Part shown: positions 35,018 through 43,918 of the stretch, one piece after another | Layout: each line of letters opens with the position of its first letter | Numbering within the stretch: position 1 is the first letter of the stretch | The notes under the pieces: generated by a model | The model's database searches: none | Told to the model about the DNA's origin: nothing | What the model saw: only the letters and a program-made list of their open reading frames with translations | Assembly: GCA_035529435.1 (NCBI GenBank) | Contig: DATKWS010000091.1 | Location: forward strand, 1 to 58,186 | DNA from: Patescibacteria group bacterium | Lineage (GTDB): Bacteria > Krumholzibacteriota > Krumholzibacteriia > Krumholzibacteriales > Krumholzibacteriaceae | DNA length: 58,186 nucleotides | Direction of reading: 5' to 3' | Translations under genes and position numbers: made by a program

Positions 35018-36391
35018 ATGAGCGATCTACGTCACACTGAGTCGAATGCCGTTCGATGGATATTGAAGCCGCACGGTGTCGTTGCGGTGAGCGCGATCTT
35101 CGTCGCCGCCGTTCTTTTCCTGAACCTGACCGTACGTCTGATTTACAAGCACGTCGTCCGTTTCGATTGGCCCGTCTTCTGGCCGCTCGGGATGTTTCTG
35201 CCCAGGCGACCGGCGCCGTATCAGGTTGCGCTGGCGATTATTCTTTTACTCCTCTTCTACATCGTCATCCGTCTTTTACAGCGAACCGCCTACAATCTGC
35301 GCTCTGTGATCGGCACGGCCGTTGTCCTCCTACTCGCCACCAATCTGTTACAGGGATGGGAGGGTGGATTCGTCACCCCGATAGCGGGAGGGGGAGCGCG
35401 TGGCATCCAGTGTTACCATGACGCGATCAATGTAGAGAGTGCGCTGGAGTTCGTGCGCCATTTCGAGGAGAAACAGCAGGATCTGCTCACCCATTCGCGG
35501 ACGCACCCGCCGGGCGCCGTTCTCTCGATCTATTTCCTGCACCGGATTACCGGAACACCGGCCGCGACCGCGCTGGTGATCGCGTGTCTCTCGGCCGTCC
35601 TCTCGATGCTGTTTCTCCATGGGATCCTCGCGGCCGAACTCGGCGAGGGAACCGGCTCGCGGTATACCACCCTGCTGTACATGCTGGTTCCGGCCATCCA
35701 GATATATTTCGCTGCATGCATCGATGCCCTGATAAGCGGATTTCTCCTCGGTGCGCTCTATTGTATCATGCACCGGCGGGCCTCCATCGGGATCATCGGC
35801 GCATTCGTCTGTATCTGTCTCGCATCATTTATGACGTTCGGATTTCTGTTCATTCTTCCCGTGATCGTCATCACGGAACTGATCAGGACGCGGCGCTTCG
35901 TGCGGTCCGCGATAACGATTGCCCTGCTCGCCGTGTTCTACGGGATCGTGGATCGAACCGTCGGTTTCAACTACCTTGCCTCTTTCGCGACGGCCGCCAG
36001 CCTGGAGAATCCGAACGGATTCATGCTCTTCGCCGATCCCGCTTCCTATATCTTCACGCGCCTCGAGAGCGCCTTCGAAATAATCGTTTTCTTCGGACCG
36101 TTCCTCATTCTCATCGCCGTCAGGGGATTCCGGAGCATGAGAGGAACCGGATCGCCGCTCCTCGTTATAACTGCGGTTGCCCTGGTGACCATTGCGGCGA
36201 TGTTTCTCACCGGGGCCTTTCGCACGGGGGAAACGGCGCGGTGCTGCCTGTTCGTGTATCCCTACCTGCTGTTTCCGGTCGCCTGGTTTATGGGCCGGTG
36301 CACTCTGACGCAGCGCGAGGAGACGGTACTCATCCTTGTCGTGTACGCGCAGTCGGTCTTCATGCAGCTGTTCGGCAATTATTTCTGGTAG
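35018..36391 (+). CDS. Polytopic membrane protein, possibly a GT-C-fold glycosyltransferase
   Basis: 457 aa with about 11-12 predicted TM helices. A loop reads 'HSRTHPPGAVLSIYF', reminiscent of PMT/ArnT-type enzymes. The assignment is weak. Confidence 0.55.
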   Translation: MSDLRHTESNAVRWILKPHGVVAVSAIFVAAVLFLNLTVRLIYKHVVRFDWPVFWPLGMFLPRRPAPYQVALAIILLLLFYIVIRLLQRTAYNLRSVIGTAVVLLLATNLLQGWEGGFVTPIAGGGARGIQCYHDAINVESALEFVRHFEEKQQDLLTHSRTHPPGAVLSIYFLHRITGTPAATALVIACLSAVLSMLFLHGILAAELGEGTGSRYTTLLYMLVPAIQIYFAACIDALISGFLLGALYCIMHRRASIGIIGAFVCICLASFMTFGFLFILPVIVITELIRTRRFVRSAITIALLAVFYGIVDRTVGFNYLASFATAASLENPNGFMLFADPASYIFTRLESAFEIIVFFGPFLILIAVRGFRSMRGTGSPLLVITAVALVTIAAMFLTGAFRTGETARCCLFVYPYLLFPVAWFMGRCTLTQREETVLILVVYAQSVFMQLFGNYFW

Positions 36392-36606
36392 GCATTTACC
36401 CCGGCATTCGACGTTTCGACTTTGCGCGCACGTTTACAACGTAATAAGATGTATTGACGAAAAAGATTATAACTCTAAACTATTGATTAGTGCGGTTGCA
36501 TCCGGAAGGGGGAATATGCCGCCCGGCATTGACCCTCCCCGCGGTCAACCGGGCGCGGTGTGTCTGTGTGCTCACCGGCGCGTGCGCATATATACAGGAG
36601 AGCAGG

Positions 36607-37209
36607 ATGATGCTGAGAGACCTGATTCTGAAAAACCGCAGCTACCGGCGGTTCGACGGGGCGACCCGCCTTGATACGGAGGCGCTGCGCGAGCTCGTCG
36701 ATCTCGCCCGTCTCTCCCCCTCGGGGGGGAATCTGCAACCGCTGAAATACATACTCGTGAATGATGCGCACGGCTGCGCACTGGTGTTCCCACACCTCGC
36801 CTGGGCCGCGTACATCAAAAACTGGCCCGGCCCCGGGGAGGGGGAGCGGCCCACTGCGTACATCGTGATCCTCCTGGACACCGGTATCAAGGAGAATGCG
36901 GGATGCGATCACGGGATCGCCGCCCAGAGCATCCTGCTCGGGGCGGTGGAGCGGGGTTTCGGCGGGTGTATCGTCGGATCGGTGCACCGGGAGGCGTTGC
37001 GTGAGTCCCTGCGCGTTCCGGAGCGATACGACATCAAGCTCGTCATCGCGCTCGGCATGCCGATCGAGCGGGTGGAGCTCGAAACGGCTGAACCGGGCGG
37101 GGACATCAAGTACTGGCGGGACGGCGATGGTACGCACCACGTACCGAAACGGCCGCTGGACGAGATTATACTACTCCTGGAGGGGCGATGCGATGCCGGT
37201 AAGGAGTGA
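36607..37209 (+). CDS. Nitroreductase-family flavoprotein
   Basis: 'RSYRRFDG...LRELVDLARLSPSGGNLQPLKYILV' and 'AAQSILLGAVERGFGGC'. ATG 36607 is preceded by GGAGAGCAGG. Confidence 0.8.
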   Translation: MMLRDLILKNRSYRRFDGATRLDTEALRELVDLARLSPSGGNLQPLKYILVNDAHGCALVFPHLAWAAYIKNWPGPGEGERPTAYIVILLDTGIKENAGCDHGIAAQSILLGAVERGFGGCIVGSVHREALRESLRVPERYDIKLVIALGMPIERVELETAEPGGDIKYWRDGDGTHHVPKRPLDEIILLLEGRCDAGKE

Positions 37210-38014
37210 AGGAGACCGGCTTGTCCGGGCCGTGATCTGCACGCCGGGGGACGAGTATCTCGGTGTCACCGACACCGCGGCCCACCATATCGGGACCGTT
37301 GCCGACCGGGACGAGACATTGCGCCAGTACGGGGCTCTCAAGGCGGCACTCGAGACATTCGGGTGCGAAGTGATTGATCTCCACGAGCTTTCCGGCCACC
37401 CCAACTCCGTTTTCACGCGTGATACCGCCGTCTGCTCACACTCCGGTTTCGTCCAGGTACGGATGGGACTCGCCACGCGGCGGGGGGAGGAGGAATGGAT
37501 GGCCGCCTGCCTCGCCTCGCACGGGGTACGGTGCTCCGGCGGGATCGCGGCGCCCGGAACGGTCGAGGGGGGTGATGTGATCCTCGCGGGCGATGTCGCA
37601 TTTATCGGTCGTTCGGGGCGCACCAACGAGGAGGGGATCCGGCAGATGGCGGAAATCCTGCGCGGCGAGGGCCGCGAGGTACGCGTGGCCGCGGTGCCCG
37701 TGCCTTTTCTCCACATCGGCGGGGCGATGAGTCTCGTCGCACCCCGCCGCGTGCTCGCCTGCCGGGGTGTATTTCCGGAAGGATTCTTTCGCGGGTTCGA
37801 CACGCTCGAAATCGAGTGCGGGCACTATACGAGCGGCAACGTGATATGCCTCGGTGACGGTGAGATCATCGCCGATGCGGTCAACAGCGGGGCTATTGCG
37901 GCCCTCGAATCGTACAAGCTCACCGTGCACCATCTCGATCTCGGCGAATTCTCCAAGGGGCTGGGCGGTCCCACCTGCCTGATACTTCCCGCCGAACGGG
38001 TACCGTCGCGCTGA
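37193..38014 (+). CDS. Amidinotransferase-superfamily enzyme (dimethylarginine dimethylaminohydrolase / arginine deiminase-like)
   Basis: 'NSVFTRDTAV', 'EGGDVILAGDVAFIGRSGRTN', 'LHIGGAMS' and a C-terminal catalytic-Cys motif 'GGPTCL'. ATG 37193 overlaps the nitroreductase 3' end by 17 nt. The track ORF from 36896 is an out-of-frame extension. Confidence 0.75.
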   Translation: MPVRSEGDRLVRAVICTPGDEYLGVTDTAAHHIGTVADRDETLRQYGALKAALETFGCEVIDLHELSGHPNSVFTRDTAVCSHSGFVQVRMGLATRRGEEEWMAACLASHGVRCSGGIAAPGTVEGGDVILAGDVAFIGRSGRTNEEGIRQMAEILRGEGREVRVAAVPVPFLHIGGAMSLVAPRRVLACRGVFPEGFFRGFDTLEIECGHYTSGNVICLGDGEIIADAVNSGAIAALESYKLTVHHLDLGEFSKGLGGPTCLILPAERVPSR

Positions 38015-38121
38015 TGCCGGCCCGGATCGAAAATCGTACAAAATATGTTGTCAGGGCTCGCCGCTTCCTGTAAGATATTGCCCTGCTTTTACAGTTTTTT
38101 CTAACGGCGGTACGGTGGGTT

Positions 38122-39729
38122 ATGGAGTTCAAGGAATTCGTCGATCGGCATATCAGGGCGTTCCAACCTCTCGAGCGTGAGAGTTCGCTCGCGTACTGGG
38201 AGGCATCACGCTCAGGCGCGGATAAGGACTTCAAGCGGTACTCCGATCTCAAGCTTAAGATTGAACAACTCTACGCGGATCCCGAGGACTTCGAATACGT
38301 GCGGCAAGTCAGGAATTCGATTGAAACCGGGAACGCGGCGCATGTGCGTATGGCGGATCTTCTCTATCTCCGCTATCTCGGCAACCAGATCGATCCGGTT
38401 CTCCTCGCACGCATCGTCGAGCTCGGCACGCAGGTGGAGGGACGGTTCGGCACGTTCCGTGCCGAGCACGACGGGGAACAGATCACGACCAACGCGGTAT
38501 ACCGCCTTCTCCGCGAGGAAGGGGACTGCGCGAAACGGCGCGCGGTATGGGAAGCACAGAAATTGGTTGGGCGGCTCGTCGCCGACGATCTGCTGGAACT
38601 CGTCGGCCTTCGCAACGAGGCGGCGCGTGGGATCGGATTCGACAACTACTACGCTATGTCCCTCGCGCACACCGAACAGAGCGAGGCGGAGATCGAGGCC
38701 GTATTCGCCGAGCTCGAAGAGCTGACGGGGGAGCCGTATCTCGAGATGAAACAAGAGATGGACTCACAGCTCGCCCGGCGGTACGGGATCGAACCGGCCG
38801 ATATGCAACCGTGGCACTACCATGATCCGTACTTCCAGGAGGTGCCGAAGACATCCGGGATCGACTTCGATCGCTTCTACGAGGGAAAGGATATCATCGA
38901 GCTGGCATCTCTCTTCTACGCGAGCATCGGCATGCCCCTCGATGACGTGCTCGAACGGAGCGATCTCTACGAACGCGAGGGGAAAAATCCGCACGCGTTC
39001 TGCACCGATATCGACCGGTGCGGGGACATTCGTATCCTCGCGAACGTCAAGGACGACAATTACTGGATGGAGACGATCCTGCACGAGATGGGCCATGCGG
39101 CCTACGACAAGTATATCGATCGTTCCCTTCCCTACCTTCTCAGGAAGTATCCACACCTGTGCACGACCGAGGCATCGGCCATGTACTTCGGGCGCCTCGC
39201 CCAGGATCCCATCTGGCTGCGTGAGGCGCTCGGGCTTCCCGATAGGGAGGTGGATCGGATCACCCCGGTGATCCAGGAAGCGCTGCGGTGCAAGCAGCTG
39301 ATATTCACCCGTTGGTGCCAGACGATGTTCCACTTCGAGCGCGCACTCTATGCCGATCCCGGGCAGGATCTCAATACACTGTGGTGGGATATCGTGGAGC
39401 GGTACCAGGGCGTGAAGCGCCCCGACGGGAGGAACGAACCCGATTGGGCCACAAAGATACATATCGTGTCGAGTCCCGTCTATTACCATAATTACATGCT
39501 CGGGGAATTGATCGCTTCCCAGTTTTATGATTATATACGACATACCATACTCACCCACTCCACCGGTGGGGGCGGCATCTACGGAAACCGCGCTGTCGGT
39601 TCGTATTTCATCGACGTTGTCTACAAGCCGGGGGATACGGTCCCCTGGACGGAGCACGTCGAGCTCGTCACGGGCGAACCCCTCACGGCACGCCATTTCG
39701 TCGAACAGTTCGTAAAGGAGCGAGATTGA
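38122..39729 (+). CDS. Clan MA zinc metallopeptidase (M2/M3-like)
   Basis: 'HAFCTDIDRCGDIRILANVKDDNYWMETILHEMGHAAYD' contains HEXXH in a context resembling the ACE/oligopeptidase families. I cannot decide between M2 and M3 by eye. Confidence 0.75.
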   Translation: MEFKEFVDRHIRAFQPLERESSLAYWEASRSGADKDFKRYSDLKLKIEQLYADPEDFEYVRQVRNSIETGNAAHVRMADLLYLRYLGNQIDPVLLARIVELGTQVEGRFGTFRAEHDGEQITTNAVYRLLREEGDCAKRRAVWEAQKLVGRLVADDLLELVGLRNEAARGIGFDNYYAMSLAHTEQSEAEIEAVFAELEELTGEPYLEMKQEMDSQLARRYGIEPADMQPWHYHDPYFQEVPKTSGIDFDRFYEGKDIIELASLFYASIGMPLDDVLERSDLYEREGKNPHAFCTDIDRCGDIRILANVKDDNYWMETILHEMGHAAYDKYIDRSLPYLLRKYPHLCTTEASAMYFGRLAQDPIWLREALGLPDREVDRITPVIQEALRCKQLIFTRWCQTMFHFERALYADPGQDLNTLWWDIVERYQGVKRPDGRNEPDWATKIHIVSSPVYYHNYMLGELIASQFYDYIRHTILTHSTGGGGIYGNRAVGSYFIDVVYKPGDTVPWTEHVELVTGEPLTARHFVEQFVKERD

Positions 39730-40571
39730 TCTGGCTTCTTCCCGCCGCCTGCTGCTCCATCCTGGTCGCGCTTATTCTCAAGATAAACGAGGTGCGGGGC
39801 GGGAGCCGCATCCTGCTCGCCGGGGCGAACTACATCGTCGCATCGCTCCTGTCACTGGCGCTCCTCGGCGGGCGGATCCCGCGGCCCGATGCGGTCACCG
39901 TCACGATCGGCTCGGTGATGGGGATCGATTTCGTGCTCGGATTCCTGTTGCTGATGGCGGGGATTGCCCGGGGACCGCTCACCATACCGGTCACGGTGAT
40001 GCGTCTGTCGGTGGCCGTCCCGATCGCCGCCTCGATCGTGATCTGGGGCGAGCACCCCCACGGCGTGCAGTGGACCGGGATCGTGCTCGGGATGATCGCG
40101 ATCGTGCTCTTCGGATGGGGACTATCACGGCCCGGTGCCTCGTCGCACCGCGGAGGGAGCTACTGGTTCTTCATCGTGTCGCTCTTTCTCGTGATGGGGG
40201 TGGCGGACCTCCTGCTCAAGACGTTTCGTGAGCTCTCGCCCGGTACGGAACGTCTCCTGTTCACATGGATTCTTTTCACCGTCTCGGCGGTATTCACCTG
40301 GGTACTCGTGTGTGTGCGGCGGATTCCCTTCAGGCGGAGGACGTTTCTGCTGGGGCTTGCACTCGGCGTACCGAACCTCTTCAGCACGATATTCATGCTG
40401 ATGGCGCTCCAGAGCGTCCCGGCATCGATCGCCTTTCCCTTCGTCAATCTCACCGTGATACTCGGATCGGCGCTGCTCGGGCTCCTCGCCTGGAAGGAGC
40501 GCATACGCGGGCTGGCGCTGGCGGGTCTCGCGATTGCCGCCGTCGCGCTGATCCTGCTGCCCATCACGTAA
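39726..40571 (+). CDS. DMT-superfamily (EamA-like) membrane transporter
   Basis: 281 aa with about 10 TM helices in two similar halves. The TTG start overlaps the peptidase stop (TTGA). Confidence 0.55.
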   Translation: MIWLLPAACCSILVALILKINEVRGGSRILLAGANYIVASLLSLALLGGRIPRPDAVTVTIGSVMGIDFVLGFLLLMAGIARGPLTIPVTVMRLSVAVPIAASIVIWGEHPHGVQWTGIVLGMIAIVLFGWGLSRPGASSHRGGSYWFFIVSLFLVMGVADLLLKTFRELSPGTERLLFTWILFTVSAVFTWVLVCVRRIPFRRRTFLLGLALGVPNLFSTIFMLMALQSVPASIAFPFVNLTVILGSALLGLLAWKERIRGLALAGLAIAAVALILLPIT

Positions 40572-40662
40572 TGAACACGCGTGCTCGTAATTGTAGCGAT
40601 TGCGATGGTGCTGTTATAGCCTGCGATCGCAGCATTCGGGAAACAACATTCCCCCATTGCCG

Positions 40663-40691
40663 TTGACAGCTTTGATCTTAATGTTTAACAT
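40663..40691 (+). promoter_or_regulatory. Sigma70-like promoter of purC
   Basis: TTGACA (40663-40668), 17 nt, TAACAT (40686-40691). Confidence 0.4.
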
Positions 40692-40741
40692 GGAATTCCT
40701 GGCAGTTATTGGATAATGAACCATCATGCGGAGTTAGAATC

Positions 40742-41638
40742 ATGCACACCGTCGAGGGAAAAACCAAAACGATCCGACCCGGGAATCGGGAGCACACCGT
40801 TCTGCTGGAGACCAAGGATGTCCTCACCGCGGGGGATGCGGCGAAGCGTGCCGAGATCGCGGGGATCAGCGAACACAAAACGACGCAGGCGGCCAATGTC
40901 TTCACCCTGCTGAACCGGCGCGGGCTCCCGACCGCCTTCATCGAGCGGGCCGCGCCGAACGCGCTTCTCTGTCACGGCTGTGCAATGCTGCCGCTCGAGC
41001 TGATCATCCGCCGCTTCGCGTGGGGGAGTTACCTGAAGCGGTACCCGGAATTCAGGCATGACGAAGGCACGCCCCACCGCTTCGATCGGCTCGTCACCGA
41101 GATCAATCACAAGTGGGCGGTCGTGGCGGCGCCCGCCGTGGAGGTCCCGTACCAGATTCCCGAGGAGGAAGCCCGGGAGCGTTTCCTGCGTGACGGCGTG
41201 TGGGAAAAGGGGATCTACACCGATCCGATCATCGAGTTCGAGGACGGCCGGTGGATGCTCTTCCCGCATACAGAGCCTATCGCCGGCGCCGAACCACTCA
41301 TGGAGATCGCACCGGTTGTTCACGATGATGAGCGGCGCGAGATCATCCAGGGACTGATGGTCCCGGCCTTCGAGATCCTGGAGCGGGCATGGTGCGGTAT
41401 CGACACGCGGCACGGCCCCGTGACGCTGGTCGATCTCAAGATCGAGGTGGGCCGCCGGCGCTCCGATAACAGACTCGTCATCGCCGATGTGATCGACAAC
41501 GACAGCTGGCGCATCTGGCCGGGGGGGAATCCCGCCTACCAGCTCGACAAGCAGGTCTTCCGGGACGACGATCCTCTCGGCACGGTCGCCGAGAACTACG
41601 CCCTCGTCGCCGGGCTGACGGAACAGTTTCTCGATTAA
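40742..41638 (+). CDS. purC: SAICAR synthetase family protein with a large internal insertion
   Basis: It aligns by eye to E. coli PurC. 'EGKTKTI' corresponds to 'RGKAKTVY', and 'LPLELIIRRFAWGSYLKR' to 'VPVECVVRNRAAGSLVKR'. 'LVDLKIEVG...ADVIDNDSWRIW' corresponds to 'LVDFKLEFG...GDEFSPDGSRLW', and 'LDKQVFR' to 'MDKDRFR'. About 70 extra residues lie between the second and third blocks. Confidence 0.7.
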   Translation: MHTVEGKTKTIRPGNREHTVLLETKDVLTAGDAAKRAEIAGISEHKTTQAANVFTLLNRRGLPTAFIERAAPNALLCHGCAMLPLELIIRRFAWGSYLKRYPEFRHDEGTPHRFDRLVTEINHKWAVVAAPAVEVPYQIPEEEARERFLRDGVWEKGIYTDPIIEFEDGRWMLFPHTEPIAGAEPLMEIAPVVHDDERREIIQGLMVPAFEILERAWCGIDTRHGPVTLVDLKIEVGRRRSDNRLVIADVIDNDSWRIWPGGNPAYQLDKQVFRDDDPLGTVAENYALVAGLTEQFLD

Positions 41639-41655
41639 TTTTTCCCTGGGTTGCC

Positions 41656-43707
41656 ATGGATAATAATTCTCCGGAAAACGGCGCGGGGCGGGAATTTTTA
41701 ACCATGAAAAAGATCATGGCCATCGCGTTCTGCGCGGGGTTGCTCGTGCGGATCGTTTATCTTTTCTCGTTTCGCAATTCACCGTTCTTCGACGGTCTCA
41801 TCGTGGATGCCCAGTGGCACGACGAGTGGGCGAGCGGCTGGGCCGACGGAACGTGGAACATGGGCGGACGGGCCTTCTTCCGCGCTCCCCTCTATCCGTT
41901 CTTCCTATCCCTGATATACCGGATCTTCGGTCGCGATCTCCTCGCGGCCCGTATCGTGCAGATGGTCATCGGGAGCGGCACCATCGCGGCGCTCGCCGGA
42001 TGCGGGTGGCGGATCGGCGGCAAAAAAATGGCGCTGTGGACGTCCGTGATTGCGGTTCTCTACGGCCCGCTCCTCTTCTTCGACGCCGAGCTCCTGATAC
42101 CGAACCTGCTCGTCGTGCTCCTTGCATGGATGCTCTTTTTCACGCTCGCCCGGCCGTCGCCCGCCGCGTACCTCCTTGCCGCCGGCTTTCTCGGCTTCGC
42201 CTCGATAAGCCGCCCCAACGCCCTCGTACTGATCCCCATCGTGTGCATATTCATCCGGTCGCGGATTCGTCGTGAGCCCGTGATGCGCGGAAGCATACTC
42301 GTATGGTTTATCATACTCTCGCTCGTACCGTCCATGGTCGTGACGGCGATCAATCTGCGGGAAGAGGGGGCGTTCGTTTTCATCGCCAGCCAGGGGGGCG
42401 TGAACCTCTATGCCGGTAACAATCCGGAGGCGACGGGGCGGACGGTGATCGTCCCGGAGATGCAGCACCGGCAAACCGGCTGGTCGAATTTCGTCAAGCT
42501 TTCCCACGACGTGGCGCAGGAGTCGGCGGGGCGGGAGCTCGATGCCGGCGAGGCCTCGAACGTGTGGGCCGGGAAGGCGTGGGACTGGATCAAATCAAAT
42601 CCCCGGGACGCGGCGATTCTCACCCTGAAAAAGATCTATTTCGCCGTGAATGCGCACGAGATCGCCAACAACCGGGATCCCTATATCAAAACCTCGTTCC
42701 CGCTCAACATCCTGCTATGGAAGATGCCGTGGTTCGCCTTCCCGTGGGGGATCGTCTTTCCGCTGGCTCTCATCGGCGCGATCCTCGGGTGGCGGCACCG
42801 GGAGAGCGGGTGCGCCGTACGTCTCCTGGCCGGCTGGACGATCGTTTACGCGGTTTTCCTCGTCCCGTTTTTCATAACGGCGCGCTTCCGTATGGGAATG
42901 GTCCCGCCCCTGATACTCCTCGCCGCTTTCGCCGCCTCCCGCGGGAGGAAGCTGCTCGGTCCCGTCCCGCTCGTGGCGGGGGTCGCGGCGTTGCTGTTCG
43001 TCAACACCGAGCTGTTCGAGGCGCGCGGCAGCAATCAGGCCCAGGAGAAGGCGAAACTGGGCGCCGCCCTGCTCCTCGAGAACAGGCTCGGTGAGAGCCG
43101 CAGGATGCTCGAGGAGGCTGTCGAGCTGGATCCGAACGCCGCCGATTACGCCTACCTTCTGGGACAAGTCCACTTTCTCGAGGGTCGGTACGAGGAGGCG
43201 CTGAGACTGTTCCGGCACAGCATCGAGCTCGATCCCACGAACTACCGGGTCATGTACTATATCGGCAATGCGTTGATGCAGTTGGGTAATTACGATGAAG
43301 CGATCGGCGCGCTCGAGAAGGCGGTGGAGCTGTACGCGCGCGACGGTGATGTGTGGGGTTTTCTGGGGAGGGCGTACGAGCGCGTCGGAAACGTGGAACG
43401 GGCGATCGAAGCGTACCGCCGGGCTCTGGAGTATGATCCGGCAAACGAGCAGTGGTGTCTCGATCTCGGCTATCTCCACCAGCAGCGGGAAGATCTCCAT
43501 GCGGCTATCGATACCTGGCGCCGGGGCGTGGAGCGCAATCCCGGTTCATACCCGCTTCGCTACAACCTAGCCATGGCATACGCGCAGACCGATCAGTTCC
43601 TCAATGCGCTCGAGGAGATCGATACCGTGCTGAACCTGCGGCCGGATGATGAGAATGCGAAGCGATTGCGCACGTGGATCACGCAAAAGATGGGACGGTA
43701 TAAATAA
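41656..43707 (+). CDS. GT-C-fold membrane glycosyltransferase (PMT/ArnT-like) fused to C-terminal TPR repeats
   Basis: The N-terminal ~430 aa are polytopic, with 'RAPLYPFFLSLIYRIFG...ARIVQMVIGSGT'. The C-terminal ~230 aa carry about 6 TPRs. The start is 41656 or ATG 41704. Confidence 0.8.
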   Translation: MDNNSPENGAGREFLTMKKIMAIAFCAGLLVRIVYLFSFRNSPFFDGLIVDAQWHDEWASGWADGTWNMGGRAFFRAPLYPFFLSLIYRIFGRDLLAARIVQMVIGSGTIAALAGCGWRIGGKKMALWTSVIAVLYGPLLFFDAELLIPNLLVVLLAWMLFFTLARPSPAAYLLAAGFLGFASISRPNALVLIPIVCIFIRSRIRREPVMRGSILVWFIILSLVPSMVVTAINLREEGAFVFIASQGGVNLYAGNNPEATGRTVIVPEMQHRQTGWSNFVKLSHDVAQESAGRELDAGEASNVWAGKAWDWIKSNPRDAAILTLKKIYFAVNAHEIANNRDPYIKTSFPLNILLWKMPWFAFPWGIVFPLALIGAILGWRHRESGCAVRLLAGWTIVYAVFLVPFFITARFRMGMVPPLILLAAFAASRGRKLLGPVPLVAGVAALLFVNTELFEARGSNQAQEKAKLGAALLLENRLGESRRMLEEAVELDPNAADYAYLLGQVHFLEGRYEEALRLFRHSIELDPTNYRVMYYIGNALMQLGNYDEAIGALEKAVELYARDGDVWGFLGRAYERVGNVERAIEAYRRALEYDPANEQWCLDLGYLHQQREDLHAAIDTWRRGVERNPGSYPLRYNLAMAYAQTDQFLNALEEIDTVLNLRPDDENAKRLRTWITQKMGRYK

Positions 43708-43757
43708 GAGAATATTCAGCCGTTGCCGCACTGCGGTCATTCGGCGAAAAAAAATTG

Positions 43758-43786
43758 TTGCAACGTGCCTGCCGTTCAATTAAGAT
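43758..43786 (+). promoter_or_regulatory. Sigma70-like promoter of the pyr operon
   Basis: TTGCAA (43758-43763), 17 nt, TAAGAT (43781-43786). Confidence 0.45.
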
Positions 43787-43801
43787 TGTTGGAAATAGAA
43801 A

Positions 43802-43835
43802 GCCTTTTAATCTGGTCCGAGAGGCCAGGAAAGGA
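43802..43835 (+). promoter_or_regulatory. PyrR-binding anti-antiterminator hairpin
   Basis: The RNA reads GCCUUUUAAUCUGGUCCGAGAGGCCAGGAAAGGAGC. The lower stem pairs CCUUUU with GAAAGG, and the upper stem pairs CUGG with CCAG. The loop UCCGAGAGG matches the Bacillus consensus ARUCCAGAGAGGYU apart from one missing A. Confidence 0.75.
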
Positions 43836-43857
43836 GCATCGACAGATTTACCCGCCG

Positions 43858-43885
43858 AACCTCTCTGACTGGGAGGGTTTTTTTT
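43858..43885 (+). terminator. Attenuator terminator of the pyr leader
   Basis: CCTCTC (43860-43865), loop tgact, GGGAGG (43871-43876), then T8 (43878-43885). The 5' arm CCUCUC can alternatively pair with GAGAGG (43819-43824) in the PyrR loop, forming the antiterminator. Confidence 0.75.
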
Positions 43886-43918
43886 GCCCGACCATCGTAT
43901 CCGTGAGGAGGTCACTGT

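Noticed and set aside
40607-40640. 12-nt palindrome CTGCGATCGCAG (contains the GCGATCGC HIP1-like core) and nearby GCGAT repeats
   Set aside because: It is a single occurrence in the window, and it is short enough to arise by chance in GC-rich DNA. There is no evidence of function.
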